DNA of 48,475 nt, from positions 1 through 48,475 of IMG/VR virus record IMGVR_UViG_3300044724_001621. The stretch is one strand, 5' to 3'. The position numbers and the translations under genes are program-made. The notes under the pieces are model-generated. The model saw only the letters and a list, made by a program, of their open reading frames with translations, made no database searches and was not told where the DNA came from. This document shows positions 1 through 8,383 of this stretch, piece after piece. The stretch is from a virus. Taxonomy: Duplodnaviria; Caudoviricetes. Positions within the stretch are counted from its first letter, which is position 1, and each line of letters begins with the position of its first letter.

Positions 1-1623
1 ATTGGTATCACGCCTAGTAAAAAGCTAACAGTTTTTGGTACTGGCGCAGGCAACGCAACAGTCCAAATTGAAGGCGAAGGCGGCGCTGACCCATACATTA
101 ATTTTTTGACAAACAATACACAGCATTGGTCGCTTGGCGTTGATGATAGTGATGCTGACAAGTTTAAACTCAGCGAACATTCTGCGCTTGGAACGAATGA
201 CTATTTAGTGGTCGATGTGACAGGCAACGTCGGGATTGGAGGAACTAGTAGTGCTAGGCTTACAGTTCAAAACGATGGTAATTCTACTATAAGTATAACT
301 TCAAATGATGGTGGTTTAGCTACTCTTAATCTTGGAGATGCTTCAGATGGCTCAAGAGGGCAGATAGTATATGACAACAGTGATGAGTCTTTAAAATTTT
401 CAACCAACAACTTACAAGAACGCATGCGCATCGATTCCAACGGCAAAATCTTTATGACTGAAGGTGTGCCGTTTTCTTGGGCTGATAGTTCCCAGAACGT
501 AGCCGCTGAAATTTATGGAGACTCGTCAGACAACTTAATATTTAGAAACACGTCTGCAAAAACAGAACGCATGCGCATAGATGCAAGTGGCAACTGGATG
601 TTGGGAACTACTGATTCCAGCCTATACACAAGTTCTACTGAAAATGGCCTGTTTATCACCTCAACTGGTCAACTGAGAAATAGCACAAACGCCGTGTCTG
701 CTTATCTCAACCGAACGGGATCAGACGGAACGATTGTTCAGTTTAACAAAGACGGCACAACCATAGGTAGTATTGCTACTCAAGGTGGTGAAATTTGTCT
801 AATGGCAAATAGTGGCGGTGGTATACGAGTAAGGTCAGATATGGCTTCAGTTATACCAGTAAACGTAAGTAGAAGTAATTTAGACGCTACAACTGATTTA
901 GGTTCGTCTAGCGCAAGATTCAAAGACCTCTATTTAGAAGGAAACATAACTCTCAATAGGGACGCACACTCTACAACTAAAGACGTAGTAAATATATCAA
1001 CCGCTCAGTTTGATGCTGGAGCTACTTTTCAGACTGGCGAGTTTATCTTGTTTGGCGACTGGAACGGGTCGGTAGACAAAATGTTGTCGCTAAAAAGAGC
1101 TGGCTCAGACGTTTTTGTTGTTGATGCTTCTGGCAACTTGTTGGTGGGGACTACTACAGCCTCTATTTCGGCAACAAATAATACAGGCGCTGTAATTGTA
1201 CCAAACGGAGCATCTCAGTTTTCTAGAGATGGCGGTCATACTTTAGACATCAATAGGGTGCAAGACGGTGAAATTGTAAGATTTAGAAGCGCAGGAAATA
1301 CTGAAGGTTCTATTTCTATTTCTGGCTCTACTACTTCTTACAACACCTCTTCAGACCAACGCCTTAAAGACAACATCGTAGACGCACCTTCTGCTTCTGA
1401 CGACATTGACGCTATCCAAGTACGTTCGTTTGACTGGAAAGCTGACGGGTCACATCAGAAGTACGGCATGGTTGCTCAAGAGCTACAGAGTGTTGCGCCA
1501 GAGGCTGTATCAGCACCAGAAGACCCTGAAGACATGATGGGCGTGGACTACAGCAAATTAGTACCAATGATGCTCAAAGAAATCCAAAGCCTACGCGCAC
1601 GAGTCGCACAACTAGAATCTTAA
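1..1623 (+). CDS. Tail fibre C-terminal part (5'-truncated) with peptidase S74 intramolecular chaperone domain
   Basis: Frame 1 is open from base 1 (IGITPSKKLTV...), so the TTG start at 106 is artefactual; ERMRIDSxGN and GNVGIG fibre repeats; SDQRLKDNI...GMVAQE...VDYSKLVP chaperone signature. Confidence 0.9.
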   Translation: MGITPSKKLTVFGTGAGNATVQIEGEGGADPYINFLTNNTQHWSLGVDDSDADKFKLSEHSALGTNDYLVVDVTGNVGIGGTSSARLTVQNDGNSTISITSNDGGLATLNLGDASDGSRGQIVYDNSDESLKFSTNNLQERMRIDSNGKIFMTEGVPFSWADSSQNVAAEIYGDSSDNLIFRNTSAKTERMRIDASGNWMLGTTDSSLYTSSTENGLFITSTGQLRNSTNAVSAYLNRTGSDGTIVQFNKDGTTIGSIATQGGEICLMANSGGGIRVRSDMASVIPVNVSRSNLDATTDLGSSSARFKDLYLEGNITLNRDAHSTTKDVVNISTAQFDAGATFQTGEFILFGDWNGSVDKMLSLKRAGSDVFVVDASGNLLVGTTTASISATNNTGAVIVPNGASQFSRDGGHTLDINRVQDGEIVRFRSAGNTEGSISISGSTTSYNTSSDQRLKDNIVDAPSASDDIDAIQVRSFDWKADGSHQKYGMVAQELQSVAPEAVSAPEDPEDMMGVDYSKLVPMMLKEIQSLRARVAQLES

Positions 1624-1641
1624 TCTTAACAGGAGACACTT

Positions 1642-1950
1642 ATGACAACTTGGACAATTTCAACACTAGAAAGAACTTTAGCAGACGGTGGAGTAACTAT
1701 TGCACACTGGCGAGCCACAGCATCAGAAACAGTAGGAGAAGATACTTTTACAGCTTCTAGCTATGGTACATGTGGTTTCAGTCCTGACGCATCTGCAGAA
1801 GGCTTTGTAGCCTACGCAGACCTTACAGAAGCTGCTGTACTAGCTTGGTGCTGGGCTGAAGGCGTAGATAAGGATGCCATTGAAGCTTCTTTAGCTGCTC
1901 AGATTGAGGCAGACAAAGCTCCTACTCAAGGTTCAGGAGTACCATGGTAA
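1642..1950 (+). CDS. Tail-fibre-associated small protein (putative assembly chaperone)
   Basis: AGGAG RBS; directly follows fibre; WTISTLER...F.AYADLTE..VL.W...G.PW pattern typical of fibre-adjacent phage proteins. Confidence 0.7.
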   Translation: MTTWTISTLERTLADGGVTIAHWRATASETVGEDTFTASSYGTCGFSPDASAEGFVAYADLTEAAVLAWCWAEGVDKDAIEASLAAQIEADKAPTQGSGVPW

Positions 1951-2108
1951 TGGATTTAATGGAAATCGTAACAACCTTAACAACTGTTGTAACTGTGGCA
2001 TCTCTTATAGCTGCTACTACACCAACGCCTAAAGACGATGAGTGGATTGCAAAACTATATAAATTTATAGATTTGTTAGCTATTAACATTGGAAAGGCTA
2101 AACAATAA
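1950..2108 (+). CDS. Small membrane protein, 52 aa, holin-like (not in ORF track)
   Basis: TAATG coupling; MDLMEIVTTLTTVVTVASLIAATTPTPKDDEWIAKLYKFIDLLAINIGKAKQ; hydrophobic helix then TPTPKDD. Confidence 0.75.
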   Translation: MDLMEIVTTLTTVVTVASLIAATTPTPKDDEWIAKLYKFIDLLAINIGKAKQ

Positions 2109-2269
2109 TGCAAGAGGAAACTAAAGCAGTAATAGATGCAGTAGCTATCGGTGGCACCGTTGGGACGTTAGCTGGTTGGCTACCGCCTCTAGCTGCTTTA
2201 GCGACCATTGTATGGACTTGTATTAGAATTTGGGAAACTCCCACCGTAAGAAATCTTTTTAAAAAATAA
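2108..2269 (+). CDS. Small membrane protein, 53 aa, holin-like (not in ORF track)
   Basis: TAATG coupling; MQEETKAVIDAVAIGGTVGTLAGWLPPLAALATIVWTCIRIWETPTVRNLFKK. Confidence 0.75.
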   Translation: MQEETKAVIDAVAIGGTVGTLAGWLPPLAALATIVWTCIRIWETPTVRNLFKK

Positions 2270-2277
2270 GTTAATAT

Positions 2278-5200
2278 ATGAAAACTAAAAAATCTAATAT
2301 AGGTTTAAATGCTTTAAAGAAAAAAAGAGCTTCTTTTCAAAGAGGAGGTAGCCCTACTTATAATTATTCTAATTATTATAATTCAGCACTACCGAAAGAA
2401 AGTTTTATTCCTACTAGTAGTACTGAGGGTAGTATTGATCAATCTCAAAATACTAATGAAACTTCTGAAGAGTCTCCTGAACGTCAAAATATGCAAACTT
2501 ATTCTACTACTAATCAAACAGTAGCAGAAACTCAAGATAAAGATCAAACAGATCAAAAAGATCAAGAAGATCAAGAAGATCAAGATTGGACACCTGTTAA
2601 TCAACCAGATCCTCAAAGAGGATGGTCTTATCAACGTGCAAATAATTTAGGTATACAAACTACATATTATTGGCATCATGAAACTGGAGATTATAGACCA
2701 ACAAAACCGGAAAATTGGCAAAACTATGCTGATGCAAATCCTACAGAATTTGAAGAAGATAGAGAAAATCCTATAACAGGAGGAGGAGGAGGCACTGTGG
2801 CCGATAATAAAACAAATGGCTTGCTAGATACTGAAGCAAGAAAAGAACGTATTGCCGATTATGATACAGATATAGAAGCAGCTAGAAAAGGAACATTAAC
2901 TGAAGATGCTAAAGCTAAAGACGCTAAAAAAATTAAAGATGCAGGTAAAGGTACAAAAACTACAATAGCTGGTAGATTACCAGAAGGTTTTACTCTTACT
3001 CCTCCTCTTAAAACTATGCCTTATAAAACTGGTGCTAAGCCTCCAGAAGGTTACGTATGGGCTTATAAAGGTTCAGAAAGAATAGCTGTACCTAAAGGTA
3101 CTACTCGCTCAGAACCAACAGCAGCACAAGCAGGAAAGCCTACTGATGAAACTGTAACTACTGAAACAGCGAGTACTGCAACACTTAAAAGAGATGTTAC
3201 AGGAAAAAGTTATGAGGCTGCTAAAGCAAAAGATTTAGAAGATACTAAATTTGCTACTGGCACTACTGGTCAAGCTGAAGCTGAAGGCCCTTCTATGACT
3301 GAAAGAGCTAAAGCTGCTGAAAGAGATTCTACTCAAGAAAAAGAAGCTATGTCTATTCGTGCTGCTGATCGTCCTGAGTATAAAGACTATGCTGATGCTG
3401 TTACAGACGATACAAAAACTGTAGTAGAAGAAGTAGAAGGGCCAGTAGCTACAACTCGTGAAGCTATTACTATTACAGATCAAGAACGAGAAGAGCTTAG
3501 AAAAATAGCTCAAGGTCGCGGTGTAGCACTTGAAGATTTACAAGAATATCAAGATTTAATACAAACTAAACAAAGAGAAGCTCAACAAGGCGAGGCTGCT
3601 ACAAAAGAATATAAGTCTAGATTAGGGGAAGCTCCAGAAGAAACTGCTTTTCGTGCTGAATATTATGGTAGAGATTTTACACCTCAAGGTGGTAAAACTG
3701 ACATTGATGATATACCTGCTTATCAAAAAGCTGCTACAAGAGAAGCGGCAGTAGGTGAAGCAGCTCAAAGAAAAGCAAGTGAATTAGGAACAGCACCTTC
3801 AACAGATTTAGAAGGCCGTGAAGCTATAACAGGTACAGCACCTCAAGGTACAGCAGCAGAAATTGGAGGTGTTCCTACTTTTGAAGCAGCTAAAATGGAA
3901 GCTGTACAAGGTAAAGAAAGAACTGTAGCTGCTGCTGATATGATGGCTGTAGTAGCCGATTTACCTGCAGATGTTAGTGCTGCTATATCTGAAGATCCTG
4001 CAACTGTACAAGCTCAAATAGATGAAGGAGCAGATCCTCAAGTAAATGCTGCTGTAGCTGCTTTGCCTCAAGAAGCTTTAGTATCTACACAAATGGAAGG
4101 TTTATTAGCTGGTATGGAGGATGGAGAGACTCCTGCATGGGCTAGACCTGCAGTAGCTGCTATAGAGCAGCAAATGGCTCGTAGAGGGCTCTCAGCGTCT
4201 ACTGTAGGCCGTGACGCACTCTTTAATGCTATTATACAGAGTGCTTTACCCATCGCTCAGAGCAACGCACAGGCCCTCCAGCAGCGAGCACAGCAAAACC
4301 TTAGTAATGAGCAACAAGCTAACTTAGCTTCTGCTCAAAATACTATGACTGTAAGAATGCAAAACCTTGCTAATAGACAACTTGCAGCCTCACAAACTGC
4401 ACAGATGGCTCAAGAAATTAAAGTACAGCAAGGTACTTTTCAACAGCAAGCAGTAATAACAAGTGCTCAGCAAGAACAACAAACAGAACTAGCTAACTTC
4501 CAAGCTGCTCAACAAAGAGCACAACAAGAATCTAGTCAAAGACAACAGGCTGCTATTTCTCAGCTTAGTGCTAATGCACAGATGGATCTTGCAAATTTAC
4601 AGGCTGAAAGTGCTAGAGCTGGTAAAGATATGGATGCTGAGTCTGCAGGTAGACTAGCTAAGTATAATGCTCAAATTAATAAAATTATGCGTCAGGCTGA
4701 TCTTCAGCAAGATATGGAAAAAGCTAATCTTTCTCCTGCTTTGCAAGTTGAAATGCAACGTGTATCTGAAATAAATGCTGCACAAAAAGATACTATGACG
4801 GCAGAAAATCAAGAGCGTCTTGTAGAGTTACAAACGCTTATAGATTTTAGAAAAACAGATGCTACTTTTGCTCAGCAAATGGATATGGCTAACATGTCTA
4901 ACGAGCAACAGATAGAACTTGCTATGTTACAAGAAAGAGCAGCTACAGATGCGGCTAACTTTACCGCTGACAATCAATTTAGAATGCAATTTTTAAATCA
5001 AAAAGTAGCTCGTAGTGTTAGACAAGCTGAGCTTAATCAGCGTATGGAAGAAGTAAATTTAGATGCTAATTTAAAATTAGAACTTTCTGAGTTAGCTGAA
5101 AAAAATCTTACATCTAGAGCTAACATGACTGCTGAAAATCAAACGCGGTTAGCTAACTTAAATGTGTTAGTAGATTTTAGAAAAACTAATGCTACTTTAG

Positions 5201-6468
5201 CTCAACAAATGGACATGGCTAATTTAGGTAATGAACAACAAATGGAATTAGCTAACTTAGCTGAAAGAGCAGCTACAGATTCAGCTAATATGACAGAAGA
5301 AAATAGATTTAGAATGCAAAAACTAAATCAATATGTTCAAACCATGTCTCAAAATGAACAACTACTTCAGCAAGCTGACTTAGCTAATCTTTCTATGGAA
5401 GAAAAAATATCTTTAGCTAATTTAAGTGAGCAAAATAAAGCAGCTTCTGAAAGCATGAGTGCTGAAAATGTAGCAGAATTACAACGCTATGAAAAACAAA
5501 TGGGGGCTGCACAGCTTAACGCTAACTTAGCTCAACAAATGGGATTAGCTAATCTTAGTAACGAGCAACAAGCTTCTATGTTTAATGCTCAAATAGATGC
5601 TAATTTAGATATGAAACAGTTTGATGCTAATCAGCAAATGGCTATGGCTAATAGTCAGTTTATGAAATCTATGACTGTAAAAGATTTTGATGCTCGGCAA
5701 CAAGAAGCAATGCAAAACGCTACAGCTTTAGCATCTATGGATTTAGCCGCTGCTGACCAAAGAACTAAACTAGCTATTACTAATGCTCAAAACTTTTTAA
5801 AAATGGATATGGCTAATTTAAATAATGAGCAGCAAGCTTTAATTATGGATCAACAATTAGCACAACAAAGATTACTTTCCGATCAATCTGCTGAAAATAT
5901 AGCTAGGCAGTTTGGTGCTAAATCTGAGCAAGAAGTAGATTTATTTATGGCTAATGTAGCTAAAGAAATAGAACTTACTAATACATCAGCAATAAACAAT
6001 ATGAAACAGTTTAATGCTAATTCTAAAAATGCTGCTGAAGCTAGAGACGCTAATCGTTTATCAGACTATGAAAAGTTTAATGCTAGTATGAAACAAGACA
6101 TGTCTAAATTTAATGAACAAGCACAAAATAATAGAGATGCCTTTAACGCTCAAAATGCAGCAGCAGTAGAAGCAGCAGACATAGCTGATAAACGTAGAAG
6201 AAATGAAATAGACACAGCAACTCAAAATGCTATAAACATGCAAAATGCTTCTAATAGTTTTAAACTATCTACACAATCTTTAGCGTTTTTAAATCAAGAA
6301 ATGAGAGATCAAGCAGATTATGAATTTAAAGCATATGAAAGTGCAGAAGCTAGAGCAGCTTCTATTGTTGTTGCAGCTTTAGGAGCAGCAGATAATACTT
6401 TTGATGATTCTAAATGGACAACTGCTTTAAGAAGTAACATCACCACTTTATTAGCATTAGTAGGATAA
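2278..6468 (+). CDS. Internal virion/ejection protein, Q/N/A/M-rich coiled coil (putative DNA-delivery tube)
   Basis: 1396 aa; recurrent ANLSNEQQ-type units; 110-aa internal duplication; located after tail genes. Confidence 0.7.
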   Translation: MKTKKSNIGLNALKKKRASFQRGGSPTYNYSNYYNSALPKESFIPTSSTEGSIDQSQNTNETSEESPERQNMQTYSTTNQTVAETQDKDQTDQKDQEDQEDQDWTPVNQPDPQRGWSYQRANNLGIQTTYYWHHETGDYRPTKPENWQNYADANPTEFEEDRENPITGGGGGTVADNKTNGLLDTEARKERIADYDTDIEAARKGTLTEDAKAKDAKKIKDAGKGTKTTIAGRLPEGFTLTPPLKTMPYKTGAKPPEGYVWAYKGSERIAVPKGTTRSEPTAAQAGKPTDETVTTETASTATLKRDVTGKSYEAAKAKDLEDTKFATGTTGQAEAEGPSMTERAKAAERDSTQEKEAMSIRAADRPEYKDYADAVTDDTKTVVEEVEGPVATTREAITITDQEREELRKIAQGRGVALEDLQEYQDLIQTKQREAQQGEAATKEYKSRLGEAPEETAFRAEYYGRDFTPQGGKTDIDDIPAYQKAATREAAVGEAAQRKASELGTAPSTDLEGREAITGTAPQGTAAEIGGVPTFEAAKMEAVQGKERTVAAADMMAVVADLPADVSAAISEDPATVQAQIDEGADPQVNAAVAALPQEALVSTQMEGLLAGMEDGETPAWARPAVAAIEQQMARRGLSASTVGRDALFNAIIQSALPIAQSNAQALQQRAQQNLSNEQQANLASAQNTMTVRMQNLANRQLAASQTAQMAQEIKVQQGTFQQQAVITSAQQEQQTELANFQAAQQRAQQESSQRQQAAISQLSANAQMDLANLQAESARAGKDMDAESAGRLAKYNAQINKIMRQADLQQDMEKANLSPALQVEMQRVSEINAAQKDTMTAENQERLVELQTLIDFRKTDATFAQQMDMANMSNEQQIELAMLQERAATDAANFTADNQFRMQFLNQKVARSVRQAELNQRMEEVNLDANLKLELSELAEKNLTSRANMTAENQTRLANLNVLVDFRKTNATLAQQMDMANLGNEQQMELANLAERAATDSANMTEENRFRMQKLNQYVQTMSQNEQLLQQADLANLSMEEKISLANLSEQNKAASESMSAENVAELQRYEKQMGAAQLNANLAQQMGLANLSNEQQASMFNAQIDANLDMKQFDANQQMAMANSQFMKSMTVKDFDARQQEAMQNATALASMDLAAADQRTKLAITNAQNFLKMDMANLNNEQQALIMDQQLAQQRLLSDQSAENIARQFGAKSEQEVDLFMANVAKEIELTNTSAINNMKQFNANSKNAAEARDANRLSDYEKFNASMKQDMSKFNEQAQNNRDAFNAQNAAAVEAADIADKRRRNEIDTATQNAINMQNASNSFKLSTQSLAFLNQEMRDQADYEFKAYESAEARAASIVVAALGAADNTFDDSKWTTALRSNITTLLALVG

Positions 6469-6472
6469 TTAT

Positions 6473-7780
6473 ATGAAAAGTTTTTTTAAAAAAATTGGCA
6501 AGGAACTTAAAAGAGGTTTCCGAAAAATTGGAAAATTTTTTAATTCTAAAATTGGAAAAATTATGGGTGGTATTTTATTAGCGTGGAATTTAGGAGGGAT
6601 ATTTGCAAATTTATTTAAAGTTACAGGAAAAGCAGGGGCTGCTGCTGCTGCAAATGCTGCAAAACTTAGTGGTCAAGTAATAACAACTTCAGGTGAAACA
6701 GCAGCTAATATAGCTAATCAAACAGTACAATCAGCAGGTCAAGGTTTTGCTCAAGAAGCAACTAAAAAAGCAGTAGCTCAAGCAGCTAGTAAGTCTGCTA
6801 CTAAACAAGTACTTATAAATTCTATAGATGATATAGGTGTAGTAGGCTCTAACTTAATGGCTAATAGCGGTGATGTTGTAGCTGGTACTATATCTGAAGG
6901 TACAAAAGCATTAAGTACAACTTTAGAAACACAAGGAGCTAAAGTTTTAACTTCTACCCCAAGTGAAATATCTACTAAAGCTATAGAAAAACAAGTTGAT
7001 AATTTAATTTTTGATAATCCTCCTCAAGTTTTTAATAAGCCTATAGAAACGGGTAAAATATCGCCTAACATTACCCCAGAAACTTTAGACGCAGCTTTAA
7101 AAGGAACTACTGATGCTGCTCAAAATAACCAATTAGCTTTTATTAGACAAGAACAAAATTTACCTGCTAAAGTATTCGGAACTGAAACTCCTTTAACACA
7201 ACAACAACTTAATTTTCAAACAGCTTTTAACCAATCTACCACAGCAATGAAACAAGATTTTTTTGCTAATGCTGCTAATAGAGAATTATATACTCAAAAT
7301 TTTCAAGGTTTAACATCTACTTTTAAAGCGCCTGCAGAATATGGAGCTAGAGAATTTAGCAGCTTAGGAGAAGCTTTTACAGGAGGCAAAAGTCTTTTAG
7401 AAGGTACTGCTAATGTTGGTAAGCATGTTATGGAAACTTCTATTGGTGAATTAAGTGGCGGTAAAGTAGGAGGATTTTTAGGACGTAGAGGAGCAGCAGG
7501 TACAGGCTTAACAACAGCCAGCTATGTTAATTCTATGCTTGCAGAACCTCCTGAACAGCCTTACACACCTAATTATCAAGCAAGAGCTATAGCTCAGCAG
7601 TTAGGACAAACAGGCGAAGCAATATCTATGCAACCTTTATCACAAGGGCCTGCTGATATGTATAGCCAAGTAGATTTTACAAGTCCTGATTACTATAAAC
7701 AAATAATGCAAATTAATAATAATGCTGGCATGTCTTACGCGTATGGTGGTGGTGGTTTTAACGCAGGAAGGTATGGCTAA
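6473..7780 (+). CDS. Putative internal virion protein with amphipathic basic N-terminus and hydrophobic segment
   Basis: MKSFFKKIGKELKRGFRKIGKFF followed by G/A-rich hydrophobic stretch; ejection-module position. Confidence 0.6.
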   Translation: MKSFFKKIGKELKRGFRKIGKFFNSKIGKIMGGILLAWNLGGIFANLFKVTGKAGAAAAANAAKLSGQVITTSGETAANIANQTVQSAGQGFAQEATKKAVAQAASKSATKQVLINSIDDIGVVGSNLMANSGDVVAGTISEGTKALSTTLETQGAKVLTSTPSEISTKAIEKQVDNLIFDNPPQVFNKPIETGKISPNITPETLDAALKGTTDAAQNNQLAFIRQEQNLPAKVFGTETPLTQQQLNFQTAFNQSTTAMKQDFFANAANRELYTQNFQGLTSTFKAPAEYGAREFSSLGEAFTGGKSLLEGTANVGKHVMETSIGELSGGKVGGFLGRRGAAGTGLTTASYVNSMLAEPPEQPYTPNYQARAIAQQLGQTGEAISMQPLSQGPADMYSQVDFTSPDYYKQIMQINNNAGMSYAYGGGGFNAGRYG

Positions 7781-7796
7781 ATAAGGAAGTAATAGC

Positions 7797-8363
7797 ATGG
7801 CAGAAACAGACGTAAATCAAAATATTGTAAGTATGGTAAAGCCTTTTGAAGGCCCAATACCCGGACAATCTTTAACTAATCCTCCGGGTAATTATGCGTG
7901 GGAAAAACCACCAGAGCATGTAACAGTTAAAGATGCTCTTGATGATATTTACAGTATGCTTATAGAAAAAGAAAAGCTATTAGCTCTTGTAGAAATATTA
8001 GCTGAAGGAGCGTATGACATTATTACTGTTACTCAAATTCTTTTAGAACAAGGATGGAGAAATGGTAAATGGAATACTGAGCTAATGTTATTACTAGCAG
8101 AGCCTACAATGATTATTATTATGGCTATAGCAGAAAAAGCTGGTATTGGCGACTATGAAATTTACGAAGGTGAAAACCAAGAATTAGATGAAGACGAAGC
8201 AGATCAATTTCAAAAAGATGTAGCTAAAGATATTAAACAGCACATGACCTTTAAAGGTATGGAAATGCCTCCAGTTAAAAAAGAAAGTGTTCCTGCAGAA
8301 ATACTTGAAGATATAGAAACAGCAGAAATTCCTAAAGCTAGTTTGTTACAAAAACCAGCATAA
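7797..8363 (+). CDS. Conserved hypothetical virion-module protein
   Basis: AAGGAAG RBS; PIPGQSLT..P..Y.WE.PP motif recalled from marine podovirus structural modules. Confidence 0.65.
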   Translation: MAETDVNQNIVSMVKPFEGPIPGQSLTNPPGNYAWEKPPEHVTVKDALDDIYSMLIEKEKLLALVEILAEGAYDIITVTQILLEQGWRNGKWNTELMLLLAEPTMIIIMAIAEKAGIGDYEIYEGENQELDEDEADQFQKDVAKDIKQHMTFKGMEMPPVKKESVPAEILEDIETAEIPKASLLQKPA

Positions 8364-8383
8364 TTATTTGTGGAGTATGTTAA

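Noticed and set aside
106-108. TTG start for the 505-aa ORF
   Set aside because: Frame is open from base 1; it is the tail of the fibre gene
1-1623. Diversity-generating retroelement acting on the fibre
   Set aside because: No reverse transcriptase and no TR/VR pair with adenine-specific differences seen
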